Source: Macrostomum lignano (Eukaryota). Taken from it: a DNA stretch of 64,000 bases. Position 1 is the stretch's first letter, and each line of letters starts with the position of its first letter. The notes beneath the pieces are model-generated. The model was not told the origin of the DNA, did not search any database, and saw only the letters and a program-made list of their open reading frames with translations. Made by a program: the position numbers and the translations under genes. Shown piece after piece: positions 48,680 to 60,590 of this stretch. Where the stretch lies: the NCBI GenBank assembly GCA_002269645.1, contig NIVC01003825.1:11068-75067 (forward strand). Direction: 5' to 3'.

Positions 48680-51600
48680 ATGAACATTATCTGGAAAAAA
48701 AAGTACATTCATGTACTCTGTCGAAGGTAAAGCATTGTATCACTACTTTCTTACATCCTAGTTTTTTATCTGTATCAAATCCTTTTTTTAAAGCTCCCAC
48801 CTCATCACTCATTCTCATTCCAGATGCCTCAGCTCTGCCAACCTCTATGACAAGCTAGGGGTGAGCCCCGCTGCAACCCAAGCAGAGATTAAGAAGGCCT
48901 ACATTGAACTGTCAAAGCTGGTGAGAGAATGGCATTGGTGGGCTTACTTGACTTAGCTGCGTAGCCTAGTGGTCTAGTGTGGCGCTCTGATGTGCCAGCG
49001 GCCCAGACTCGAGCTCGTCAACAGAGGTAACAACGCTGCTGGCTGGACCCCAGATTCGTCCTCTCTGCAGAAGGCTAAGGTTGAGGTCCCAGCTCTGCTC
49101 GGGCAGCAGTTCAAGGCTGCAGCGTCCTCGAGTCAGCATCACTCGGCCAAATAAGAAGGCAAGCAGCTGGAGCGGCAGAGGCGGTTGGAGTGACAGGTGT
49201 CTCAGAGGCACCGCTCAGAGTTTGCTCCACGGGTCACGCCGGGGCGTCCCTGATGGTAGCAGGTGGTATAGCCACGGCTCCACGGCCCCTACTGGAAGCA
49301 CTGTGTCATTCGCAACCGGAAATTCACTTGGGCTAGAAACCGTTGACGAAGTGGAAAAGTTGGGAATTCCTACAGAGCACAGGCAAAGAGCCGCAAGGCC
49401 GCGGCCCCAAACCAAGCGGCAGGTCCCAAAAGAAAAGAAAAATACCACGGGAATCGTTAGTGACCAGAGTACTCCCTGGCCAAGCGTTTATCAGCACGGA
49501 GTTACACTGGGACCTTAGAGCATGAGCTTATGGTCACACCAAGAACTGTGCTCAGTAAGACCCAGGAGATCTGCCTTAACACCCACGGGACGATTACTCT
49601 TCGAAGTGCTCGACTTCCAAGGTGCAAAGCAGAAGACAAAGTCTCTTGAGCTATCAGGCCACCGAAAGGAGACAGGTATTGAGCATCGCTGGCAGGGAGA
49701 GGGGCCATACTGCACAGATAGTTCACCACGCCATTCTGGGTAAAGTCAGGGGAAAAATGTGTTGAATTCGGAGCCGTCTGTAGCAGAGCGGTGCAGTTTT
49801 TCAGTGCCTCAATTTTGTCGGCTAATAATTCTCTTTGATCTCGCCGCCCCGCCGTAGTACCATCCGGACGCGAAGACCGCGCAAAGCAGCTCGGAGAAAT
49901 TTGCCGAAATCAACGCCGCCTACGAGACCCTCGGCCGGGCCGACCGGCGCCGCCTGTACGACTCGGAGCGGCTCTGGCGGTCCGCGGCCGCCGCCTCCTC
50001 AGCGGCTTCCTCCGCCTCACCGCCGCCGCCAGGCGGAGGCCGCCGGAGCGCCGGGCCCAGCGACTTTGAGCAGCGAATGCGTCACGAGATGGAGTGGATG
50101 TACCGGGCCTCGCGGCAGCAGCAGGGCGGGCCGGAGTCGGCCAGCTGGGACGATGAGGTTAACAGCAGCTTCAAGGTGCGGCTGCGTCTTTCATTTGGCT
50201 TTTGCCAAGGTCAAAAGAGTCGGCGCTTAGGCACTGGGGAGGGGCTCAACAAGCATGCGTCCGACTCTCAGGCGCAAGGTCCTTGGTTCGATTCTGTGCG
50301 ATTCACAATTTGGGGCGATTTCGCCGACGGCGTTGCGCCAGGGCGAATATATGCACATAGTATTGGTGCGTGGGATACAAACATAGAAATAGAATTACCG
50401 TGACTAAACTACATGATGTGGCTCGCGAATGCCCCCGCCATCAGGTGAAAATCGTGGTCGCCCTGGCTGCAGTCATCGTCATCGGCGTGGGCGTCCGCTT
50501 GTTCGTGATGTCCATCATCCAGGCCAGCCAGCACCGGCGGGACGAGACCGAATACCAGCTGGCCATGTCGCTGCTCAAGCAGTCGGAGGACACTAAAGGG
50601 GAGCGAATGGCCGCCATGGGGCCGCAATGGAGAAGAGCCGGACAGCAGGTGCGAATGGGGACAGCGCCATCCCATCCAGCTGTGAACAGCGCCATCCCAT
50701 CCAGCTGTGCGCAGCGCCATCCCATCCAGCTGTGGGCAGCGCCATCCCATCCAGCTGTGGGCAGCGCCATCCCATCCAGCTGTGGGCAGCGCCATCCCAT
50801 CCAACTGTGGGCAGCGCCATCCCATCCAACTGTGGGCAGCGCCATCCCATCCAACTGTGGGCAGTGCCATCCCATCCAACGTGGGCAGCGCCATCCCATC
50901 CAGCTGTGGGCAGCGCCATCCCATCCAACTGTGGGCAGTGCCATCCCATCCAACGTGGGCAGCGCCATCCCATCCAGCTGTGGGCAGCGCCATCCCATCC
51001 AACTGTGGGCAGCGCCATCCCATCCAACTGTGGGCAGCGCCATCCCATCCAGCTGTGGGCAGCGCCATCCCATCCAGCTGTGGGCAGCGCCATCCCATCC
51101 AACTGTGGGCAGCGCCATCCCATCCAACTGTGGGCAGCGCCATCCCATCCAACTGTGGGCAGCGCCATCCCATCCAACTGTGGGCAGCGCCATCCCATCC
51201 AACTGTGGGCAGCGCCATCCCATCCAACTGTGGGCAGTGCCATCCCATCCAGCTGTGGGCAGCGCCATCCCATCCAGCTGTGGGCAGCGCCATCCCATCC
51301 AACTGTGGGCAGTGCCATCCCATCCAACTGTGGGCAGTGCCATCCCATCCAACGTGGGCAGCGCCATCCCATCCAACTGTGGGCAGCGCCATCCCATCCA
51401 ACTGTGGGCAGCGCCATCCCATCCAGCTGTGGGCAGCGCCATCCCATCCAGCTGTGGGCAGCGCCATCCCATCCAACTGTGGGCAGCGCCATCCCATCCA
51501 ACTGTGGGCAGCGCCATCCCATCCAACTGTGGGCAGCGCCATCCCATCCAACTGTGGGCAGTGCCATCCCATCCAACGTGGGCAGCGCCATCCCATCCAG

Positions 51601-52132
51601 CTGTGGGCAGCGCCATCCCATCCAACTGTGGGCAGTGCCATCCCATCCAACTGTGGGCAGTGCCATCCCATCCAGCTGTGGGCAGCGCCATCCCATCCAA
51701 CTGTGGGCAGCGCCATCCCATCCAACTGTGGGCAGCGCCATCCCATCCAGCTGTGGGCAGCGCCATCCCATCCATCATTAATTATTTTATACTTTACACA
51801 CGCAAACACCAGCTGTGTTAAAGTTGGCAGCCTGTCTCTCCTTCCAGCGCTCCGCCAAGCAGCAGCGGGCATCGCCAAGCAAGCCGGACCCAGGCGACAT
51901 CGATCCCGACTACCTGGCGCAGCTTGGCGGCGGATTCCGTGGAGCCCGCACCGTGGCGCCGTCGCACGCGCGCAGCATGCAGAGCCGCCGGCTGGCAAAC
52001 TTCCGCAGGTCGGCGACCGCCTGGTCAGCAGAGACCCGGGCAGCCCTGCGGCCCAGACTGAGCGCAGAGCTGGTGGAGGAGCTGGACAAGCTGGAGGCTG
52101 AGGAGAGGACGGCTGCCGCTTCCACTGGCTAA
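48680..52132 (+). CDS. DnaJ/Hsp40 type III J-domain protein with one C-terminal transmembrane segment (DNAJC4/DNAJC30-like architecture), ~316 aa
   Basis: Exons 48680-48726, 48824-48920, 49858-50175, 50445-50648, 51848-52132; phases consistent. J domain NLYDKLGVSPAATQAEIKKAYIELSKL|YHPD...EKFAEINAAYETLGRADRRRLYD; TM VKIVVALAAVIVIGVGVRLFV; short basic N-terminus (possible transit peptide, inference). Confidence 0.88.
48956..49016 (+). mobile_element. tRNA-like (SINE-head) sequence in DnaJ intron 2
   Basis: GCTGCGTAGCCTAGTGGTCTAG (A-box-like)...GCTCTGATGTGCCAGCGGCCCAGACTCGAGCTC. Shares the GCTCTG.TGTGCCAG.G.CCCAG.CTCGA pattern with 19941-20004. Confidence 0.5.
50660..51775. repeat. Intronic minisatellite, 25-bp unit TGTGGGCAGCGCCATCCCATCCAAC
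   Basis: Fills DnaJ intron 50649-51847; source of the six-frame repetitive ORFs. Confidence 0.95.
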
Positions 52133-52159
52133 CCGGCCTCAAAACCGATTCAATTACAG

Positions 52160-52690
52160 ATTTAAACCGCCCTCTCATTTGAACAACCGATTCAAATCCG
52201 CCCCATCCCTTTTGAACAACCGATTCAAATCCGCCCCATCCCTTTTGAACAACCGATTCAAATCCGCCCGTCCCTTTTGAACAACCGATTCAAATCCGCC
52301 CCCATTCGAACAACAGATTCAAATCCACCCGTCCCTTTTGAACAACCAATTCAAATCCGCCCGTCCCTTCTGAACAACCGATTCAAATCCGCCCGTCCCT
52401 TTTGAACAACCAATTCAAATCCGCCCCCATTCGAACAACAGATTCAAATCCGACCCCATTCGAACAACAGATTCAAATCCGCCCCCATTTGAAAAACCGA
52501 TTCAAATCCGCCCCTCCCATTTAAACAACCGATTCAAATCCGACCCCATTCGAACAACAGATTCAAATCCGACCCCATTCGAACAACAGATTCAAATCCG
52601 CCCCCATTTGAACAAGAGATTCAAATCCGCCCTTATTTGAACAAGAGATTCAAATCCGCCCCCATTTGAACAACAGATTCAAACCCGCCC
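52160..52690. repeat. Minisatellite, ~25-28-bp unit TTTGAACAACCGATTCAAATCCGCCC
   Basis: Starts ~30 bp after the DnaJ stop codon; the unit carries an imperfect inverted repeat TTTGAA...TTCAAA. Confidence 0.9.
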
Positions 52691-53334
52691 AGCCCTTAAG
52701 AATGCATTCAGGCCTGTCCCCGAGCCAGTCCAATTATGTGTTTTGTTGTCTTTCTGAGATTTTAACTTGCTAAAAGATTTTCGAGACTGCCTGCTGGCTT
52801 GCCGGTGTGTCTTCACTTCCAGGACTTGCTTGCTTAGAAAAAGCGACTGTACGCCGCATTTAAAAAAATGTTGCTTCATTCGCTTCTGTTAAATTGTTTG
52901 TTACAGCATTTTGACTTTGTTAGTGTTGCATGCCTTATTTTTAACTGTTATGGAATTTAGTGATACAATGTAAATACATGAGTAGAGCTAGACTTTGAGC
53001 TCTCTAAACTTGTGATAAAATGAAGAAAAGTTTATGAAAATTTTCATACTTGTTTTGTTCAGCAACTGCTTTATTGTTACTGCCCAGGCTCAAAATAGAA
53101 AAGCATACGGACTAAAATGGCGACTTTGAATCGCTTATGCTGTACACTGCCTTCCCTTTGCTGAACTAAACAGGTAAAAAATAAGGTCAAATTTCTTTCA
53201 AACAGGAGGAATGGAATAGGAAACTAGGGCTGCAGGAGGAACCGTTCAGATGACGTGCAGATGCTTCAGAAAATGCGGGGCAGCAGCCTGAGGCTTCAGA
53301 AGGTACACCGTTTGTCCATCACTCAAGAAGTCTG

Positions 53335-55710
53335 ACATGAAGATTCAGGAGGAACTGGGCAGATGACTGAAGCTTCAGGAGGAACTGGACAGATGACTAA
53401 AGCTTCAGGAGGAACTGGGCAGATGACTAAAGCTTCAGGAGGAACTGGGCAGAAGACTGAAGCTTCAGGAGGAACTGGGCAGATGACTGAAGCTTCAGGA
53501 GGAACTAGGCAGATGACTGAAGCTTCAAAAGGAACTAGGCAGATGACTGAAGCTTCAGGAGGAACTGGGCAGATAAATGAAGCTTCAGGAGGAACTGGGC
53601 AGATGACTGAAGCTTCAGGAGGAACTGGGCAGATGACTGAAGCTTCAGGAGGAACTAGGCAGATGACTGAAGCTTCAGGAGGAACTGGGCAGATGACTGA
53701 AGCTTCAGGAGGAACTGGGCAGATGACTGAAGCTTCAGGAGGAACTGGGCAGATGACTAAAGCTTCAGGAAGATCTGGGCAGATGACTAAAGCTTCAGGA
53801 GGAACTGGGCAGAAGACTGAAGCTTCAGGAGGAACTAGGCAGATGACTGAAGCTTCTGGAGGAACTGGGCAGATGACTGAAGCTTCAGGAGGAACTAGGC
53901 AGATGACTGAAGCTTCAGGAGGAACTAGGCAGATGACTGAAGCTTCAGGAGGAACTTGGCAGAAGACTGAAGCTTCAGGAGGAACTGGGCAGATGACTGA
54001 AGCTTCAGGAGGAACTGGACAGATGACTAAAGCTTCAGGAGGAACTGGGCAGAAGACTGAAGCTTCAGGAGGAACTGGGCGGATGACTTAAGCTTCAGGA
54101 GGAACTGGGCAGATGACTGAAGCTTCAGGAGGAACTGGGCAGATGACTGAAGCTTCGGGAGGAACTGGACAGATGACTAAAGCTTCAGGAGGAACTGGGC
54201 AGATGACTGAAGCTTCAGGAGGAACTGGGCAGAAGACTGAAGCTTCAGGAGGAACTAGGCAGAAGACTGAAGCTTCAGGAGGAACTGGGCAGATAAATGA
54301 AGCTTCAGGAGGAACTGGGCAGATGACTGAAGCTTCAGGAGGAACTGGGCAGATGACTGAAGCTTCAGGAGGAACTAGGCAGATGACTGAAGCTTCAGGA
54401 GGAACTGGGCAGATGACTGAAGCTTCAGGAGGAACTGGACAGATGACTGAAGCTTCAGGAGGAACTGGGCAGAAGACTGAAGCTTCAGGAGGAACTGGGC
54501 GGATGACTTAAGCTTCAGGAGGAACTGGGCAGATGACTGAAGCTTCAGGAGGAACTGGGCAGATGACTGAAGCTTCGGGAGGAACTGGACAGATGACTAA
54601 AGCTTCAGGAGGAACTGGGCAGATGACTGAAGCTTCAGGAGGAACTGGGCAGAAGACTGAAGCTTCAGGAGGAACTAGGCAGAAGACTGAAGCTTCAGGA
54701 GGAACTGGGCAGATAAATGAAGCTTCAGGAGGAACTGGGCAGATGACTGAAGCTTCAGGAGGAACTGGGCAGATGACTGAAGCTTCAGGAGGAACTAGGC
54801 AGATGACTGAAGCTTCAGGAGGAACTAGGCAGATGACTGAAGCTTCAGGAGGAACTGGGCAGATGACTGAAGCTTCAGGAGGAACTGGGCAGATGACTGA
54901 AGCTTCAGGAGGAACTGGGCAGATGACTGAATCTTCAGGAGGAACTGGGCAGAAGACTGAAGCTTCAGGAGGAACTGGGCAGATGACTGAAGCTTCAGGA
55001 GGAACTGGGCAGATGACTGAAGCTTCAGGAGGAACTGGGCAGATGACTGAAGCTTCAGGAGGAACTAGGCAGATGACTGAAGCTTCAGGAGGAACTGGGC
55101 AGATGACTGAAGCTTCAGGAGGAACTAGGCAGATGACTGAAGCTTCAGGAGGAACTGGGCAGATGACTGAAGCTTCAGGAGAAACTGGGCAGATGACTGA
55201 AGCTTCAGGAAAAACTGGGCAGAAGACTGAAGCTTCAGGAGGAACTGGGCAGAAGACTTCAGGAGGAACTGGGCAAATGACTGAAGCTTCAGGAGGAACT
55301 GGGCAGAAGACTAAAGCTTCAGGAGGAACTGGGCAGAAGACTTCAGGAGGAACTGGGCAGATGACTGAATCTTCAGGAGGAACTGGGCAGAAGACTAAAG
55401 CTTCAGGAGGAACTGGGCAGATGACTGAAGCTTCAGGAGGAACTGGGCAGATGACTAAAGCTTCAGGAAGAACTAGGCAGAAGACTGAATCTTCAGGAGG
55501 AACTGGGCAGAAGACTGAAGCTTCAGGAGGAACTGGGCAGATGACTGAAGCTTCAGGAGGAACTAGGCAGAAGACTGAATCTTCAGGAGGAACTGGGCAG
55601 AAGACTGAAGCTTCAGGAGGAACTGGGCAGATGACTAAAGCTTCAGGAAGAACTGGGCAGAAGACTGAAGCTTCAGGAAGAATGAGGCAAGAGGCCAAAG
55701 CTTCTGGCTG
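53335..55710. repeat. Intergenic minisatellite, 30-bp unit GAAGCTTCAGGAGGAACTGGGCAGATGACT (~79 copies)
   Basis: Period 30 throughout; internal 420-bp duplication (CGGATGACTTAAG at ~54080 and ~54500). Confidence 0.96.
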
Positions 55711-56037
55711 AACTTAATTGTTACGAGTAGGAGGCTGAAGCCCCAGAAAAAGACCTGAATTAAACGGTCTAAAAGTAGAAAGCCATGTGAAGAAATGAAA
55801 GACGACAGGAGCCCATAAAACAGTAACGAAGAGTACAGAAGCCGCGCACTTATACATGCTGTTATACATGTACCACCTAAATCGGAGAATTAGGCTGAAG
55901 CTTTATAAAAGTTGGCTAAATACACGTAAAAGTACTTTGCTAGCACCTGCACAAGCACGCGCGTATCATTACATGCACAAGTTGCAGTTTCTAATTATAA
56001 TGCAAGCTGGTACATCTTCCTGCACACGCATGGCTCC

Positions 56038-56511
56038 TCACGGCAGCGCTCCCACCGCGGCCTGGCCGAGTTGGTTAAAAACCAACGCTGAGTAGTCTGG
56101 CGGTGGCGAGTCCTCTGCGTTGGCGAGCTGGTGGGGCGCTTGTTGCATGCAGCAAACAGAATACCGCGGTGGTGGCAGCTCGGCTTCGGCTGGCTGCTTC
56201 GCCGCTGCCCTCGCGATCCCCATGACGTCGAGCGTCGAGGCTGCTCTCTCTTGCTGCCACTGTGGCTGCTGCTGCTGCTGCTTAAGACAGCTGCAGCAAC
56301 GACAGCGAACCCAACGGTGCCGCAAGCAACCAATGAGCAGCGGGCACCAGATGGCGGCCAGAGCTGCCACGGCAAGGACGAGAATGACAACGATGGCTAT
56401 GAGGCTGTTTTCCACCTTCTGAGGATTAGAGTGCCAGTCTGGGATCTGACCGCCAGCTGCTGCGCATCCATGCAGGTTCGCTGCGAAGAATAGCAGCAGT
56501 GCAGTGATCAT
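56038..56511 (-). CDS. Small type I single-pass membrane protein with Cys-rich juxtamembrane region and two PPxY motifs, 157 aa
   Basis: Single ORF: signal-like MITALLLFFAANLHGCAA, TM SLIAIVVILVLAVAALAAIWCPLLIG, RCRCCSC, LPPPRYS and SPPPDYS. The architecture is seen directly; the family is not identified. Confidence 0.65.
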   Translation of the reverse strand: MITALLLFFAANLHGCAAAGGQIPDWHSNPQKVENSLIAIVVILVLAVAALAAIWCPLLIGCLRHRWVRCRCCSCLKQQQQQPQWQQERAASTLDVMGIARAAAKQPAEAELPPPRYSVCCMQQAPHQLANAEDSPPPDYSALVFNQLGQAAVGALP

Positions 56512-57298
56512 TGTCGCTGTTGGTTGAGCAGTTCAGAGAGGGTCTTGTAATCGTGGCCAAAACTGTATGCATTTTTATAGTTGGCGGATTGTGCCTTAAT
56601 TGGATTCGGCAAGGCACGTTGCATGCCTTTTTGGGCGCTCCGGTGGCAATTATTGCATGCTCATAGTTGTTTACTCGCAACTGTGCATTAGAAATGTGCA
56701 CAAAGGCTCCGGCCATACGCTCGTATGATTGCGTCAATTTCAATACTGTACTGATGCATCCAGCACACAACGTGCATCCATCCTACTTGACTGCAGATTC
56801 AGTTTTGCTAAACTAAAACTAAAACCTAAAAGTGGATCATTGCTGGCTGTGACGTCTCTGCCCTGGACGTAGGTTGATCTACTGCAGATGTCAGTTAATT
56901 ACGAGCGTACAATCTGAATTATTTGCATAACTCCTTTCAAAATTAGATTCTCCGCGGTTTGCTAATGCAGGTAAAAATTTTCAAAAAAATTTTTTGACAA
57001 GAAATGCAGGGCTATTCAACAACCTGCTCACTTGCTCACAAAAATGCTCACTTCTCAAGAAGAGATGGAGATCGATGCTCACTAACACGTACTGACTGGC
57101 GCACCTGGAGCCAACAAGCAATTATCACATCGATCTATTTTTAAAATATACGTACCTTTGATGCCTTCAACTAGCTGCCATTTTATGTCTGTGGCTACTG
57201 AGGCAATTGCAAGCTGATAGAAAAAGTCCATGTTGAAATTTTCAATGCAGCAATAATATGTGCTTAGGGATTCTGTTCTCTGCTCAAACACCCAACCA

Positions 57299-57945
57299 AT
57301 GCGGCTCAGCGACGTTCGAACTCGCGCCTCGGTGATCCTGACCGACGGTCAGCAGGAAATCGAGGAGGGCACCGAGGAGGAGCTGCTGTTGAAGCTTCTC
57401 AAGCACCAGCGCTGGAGCAGCGCCAACGCCACCGTCCGCTGTTTCAAGTGCAAGAAGCTGGTGGTCACAGATGTGGTCTTCGTGCCGACTGTCCGCACCT
57501 ACATTGTGTCGCTGGCGCTGTTCTTGACCGGGTGAGTCGCTCAAATCACCGTCATCTTGTCGGGGCAGTTCCAGCAGTGACTTGTGGGCGATGCGACCAA
57601 ACTAGACAATAACTCACCATGGACAGCGGAAGGTCGCTGTACTCGATATTTTAAATAATGCTCTGGAACCCTTTGACCACACTCTGTCCGTCACAATCTA
57701 CCATTGTATTGTAAAACACAACTAGTTGTAAAATTGTGCAATTCTTCTGTTTTTCTAAATTTAGTTCCAAGCTATAAATTTTGAATCCACAAATCAACAC
57801 CTGCTCCAGCATCTTCTCTGTCCTGTGCCTCATCCCCTTCTACTACCCGGAACTTCTCGGCGTTGTTCACGTGTGCTCAAACCCGGACTGCCGGACCAAG
57901 CTTGGAGAGAACTCCGGCTGGATGTCGCGGAAGAAGCAGGACTGA
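57299..57945 (+). CDS. LITAF: LITAF-domain protein, ~122 aa
   Basis: Exons 57299-57531 and 57810-57945 (phase 2; GG|GTGAGT...CTCCAG|C). Domain: TVRCFKCKKLVVTDV, hydrophobic TYIVSLALFLTGIFSVLCLIPF, HVCSNPDCRTKLG. The start codon is uncertain; the symbol denotes the family, not orthology. Confidence 0.85.
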
Positions 57946-58039
57946 CCGCCGTAGCCGGATTCAACCGTTCAACTCTCTGTGTTTGGAGAAGCTTACATTC
58001 ATATACTTTGTTTTGCTGCGTTTCTGGGACTCCGCATTT

Positions 58040-58500
58040 CTGCTTTCCTCTCCTCACTCCGCTCCCTCCTCCCCCTACCCCTTCCTTCCTCTGTTTCGCT
58101 CTTAGTTCCCTCCCCCCCGCTCCTTTCTTCCTCTGCTCTCTTCTATCTCCGCTCCTCCCTCCCTCCGCTGTCTCCTCCCCCCCGCTCCCCTCCTCCCTCC
58201 GCTCCCCTCCTCCCTCCGCTCCCCTCCTCCCTCCGCTCCCCTCCTCCTTCCGCTCCCCTCCTCCCTCTGCTCCCCTCCTCCCTCTGCTCCCTCCTCCCTC
58301 CGCTCCCCTCCTCCCTCCGCTCCCCTCCTCCTTCCGCTCCCCTCCTCCCTCCGCTCCCCTCCTCCTTCCGCTCCCCTCCTCCTTCCGCTCCCTCCTCCTT
58401 CCGCTCCCCTCCTCCTTCCGCTCCCCTCCTCCCTCCGCTCCCCTCCTCCCTCCGCTCTATCCTGTCCTCCGCTCTCATCTCCGGCTCCCGCACTTCTCTG
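58040..58500. repeat. Pyrimidine-rich simple repeat (CTCCCCTCCTCCCTCCG-like units)
   Basis: C/T-rich tandem units downstream of the LITAF stop. Confidence 0.88.
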
Positions 58501-58605
58501 CTCAGCTCATCACTCTAATCTGGTTGGTTCACACGTCCCTGGCATTATTTTCTACCTGGAAATTGCTTTAGCTGTTAATTGCTTGGAATGTGAATTTAAC
58601 AAAAA

Positions 58606-58789
58606 ATATAAGCAGCTGAATATTTATGGCGTTTGTTGTTCATAATGTGTTCTCATACAGCTGCATCGAGTTCTGCTTCAAGTTTTATTCGTTATGTCGC
58701 GGTAAAATTTCCGGTAAAGAATCGCGAATTGGGAATTTGTGCAGGACTTTATTCGTTTGTACTGTGCGTTCACAGCAGCAGTTCACTAC
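58606..58789 (+). repeat. Dispersed direct repeat, copy 1 (~185 bp)
   Basis: TGTGTTCTCATACAGCTGCATCGAGTTCTGCTT...TTTCCGGTAAAGAATCGCGA...CACAGCAGCAGTTCACTAC recurs with scattered substitutions at 61331-61515. Confidence 0.9.
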
Positions 58790-58933
58790 GTCGGTGCTAT
58801 TCATCAATGTCGGTGCTATCCGGCTCCGCGATGTTGTTGTTGTTGTTGTTGTTATTGCTGTTGTAAAAAAATTTCCTGCGTAATGTGGGCGAGTACGTGT
58901 ACTCTTCGGCGCTAACGGGCGGTGGCGGCTTGG

Positions 58934-59401
58934 CTTGAGGAACTGGCTCGGCAACTGGAACGAGATAACCAATGCAAGTCTAGTGTCGCGAAGGAAGAGG
59001 CGATTGTCCGGAGGTTCACGGCCTGGTTGGCGGAGAACAAGCTCCGCTTAGACTAAAAAGATGCTCCAGTGGTGGATGTGGCTAAGTACGTTCGCTATTT
59101 CTACGCTCACCAGCGGAAGGCGGATGGGACGTTCAATTCCCCGAATACTATTGTTGGGATACGTGCCGCTCTTTTCCGCTACTTCATGAAGCTGCGTGGC
59201 CTCGACATCAATGCGGATCCAGCTTTTCATGCGGCTAACCTGATGATCAAGTATGTCTGCAACGCTTTTTTGCAGAATGGTGGTCGGATCCGCCACTACG
59301 GGGCCATAGAGTCTGACGACTTGATCAAGCTTAGTGCATACTTCGACAGGGCAACACCGTCGCGACTTCAGGAGGAGGTGTACTTCGATCTGCTATACTA
59401 C
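58934..59401 (+). mobile_element. Crypton-type tyrosine recombinase fragment (DUF3504/KCTD1-ZMYM-related), disrupted
   Basis: AIVRRFTAWL...*...VAKYVRYFYAHQRKADGTFNSPNTIVGIRAALFRYF...DINADPAFHAAN...GRIRHYGAIESDDLIKLSAYFDRATPSRLQEEVYFDLLYY matches the recalled CryptonA N-terminal pattern. In-frame TAA at 59054-59056; homology ends before the catalytic residues. Confidence 0.75.
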
Positions 59402-59449
59402 GCTCCAATATTGACTTCATGCTGACCTTAGCGTTACTTCTTTAAATTT

Positions 59450-60422
59450 ATCGTCACTTTGCAACTTAATTCTTGTTCTACGTTTCACTATTTTTAAATA
59501 CATTCGTTCCATGGGATGCAGGAATGCAAGAATGAAGCGGAGTGCATTCCAAAACCATCCTCCACACTTGGCCAGTGTGATTTCGGAGTTGCTTCCTCTG
59601 CAATTCTCTGAAGAACGAGAATTCGCCACTCGCATAGTGTTGTCTGTGGTGGCGGATTGTCAAGTTCAAGCTGAACTTGGGGCAGAGACAACTGACGTTT
59701 TATTGACGCATTCAGGCAGGAGTGCGCACTCTCAGTCGGATTCAAAAATGGTGAGTACGGTGGCAGCTGTACGACTCGCCAGTTAGCTTCATATTATTGC
59801 GGGAGCCTCACGCCGGTGTGGAATCGAGCACCGTCCATTATGATGCAGAATTAATCCGCATTCTCGATGTCTTCTCTGTTGTTGACAGCGTCGAGTAACT
59901 CTTCGATGAAAACTTGGAACACGTTTGCAGTTAGCGTCTGGCCCAAAATCTTGTGGTGTACCAGGCTGAGGCCAGGTGAGATGGCGGGGTAGCCTGGATG
60001 ATATTTACCTGTTCACCGCGCTGCGTATGCAAAGTGCGCCTAACACGCTGACCCCGCAAACTGCGCCCCAGAGATCGTCGTGTCTTGTTGAGCCCTGTCT
60101 CGTCAATATAGATCAAGTGACAATCCGGACGCAGGTCAAGCAGCCACTGTGCAAATTCTTGTCGACGCGCTTTATTCTCTGGCGTGTTCCATGCGGCCGG
60201 TAGGTCAGCATCTCTGCCTAAGCATTTCAGCGTGATCAGATGTTTGTCTAGAGATCTTCTAAGTGTGGCCTTGCTAACTCGAAGACCGTCAAACGAATTC
60301 TCCAGTGTGCGCTGCAACTCTTTTAGTGTCAGTGATGGATTGGCATCCAGTGAATCCAGAAGCTGTTGCACGTGCTGGTTTCCTAGCTTTGACGTTCGAT
60401 ATCCTCCTCGACGGAGTCCCAT
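59450..60422 (-). mobile_element. IS630-Tc1-mariner (Tc1-like) transposase pseudogene
   Basis: HTH region LDANPSLTLKELQRTL...VSKATLRRSL; D1 LIYIDETG; D2 IIMDGARFH; E in LPPYSPFLNPTE (33 residues between D2 and E in this copy). In-frame stops and frameshifts are present; TIRs were not found. Confidence 0.88.
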
Positions 60423-60590
60423 TGGATAGTATACACAGTTTGTACCTTCACATTAAAAAACCTGGAAATCTGCACAGCTCTATGTCGATTGCGTCCATTT
60501 CGAGCTGCTATCGAGATCAGTTCACTTAAGAACTGAGAAAATTTATCAATTGCGTGCTCGCATTATCTATGTATAACTTGCGAAATTCTA

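Noticed and set aside
50370-52178. Six overlapping 380-590 aa ORFs
   Set aside because: A 25-bp unit with no stop in any frame; only the exon parts 50445-50648 and 51848-52132 are coding.
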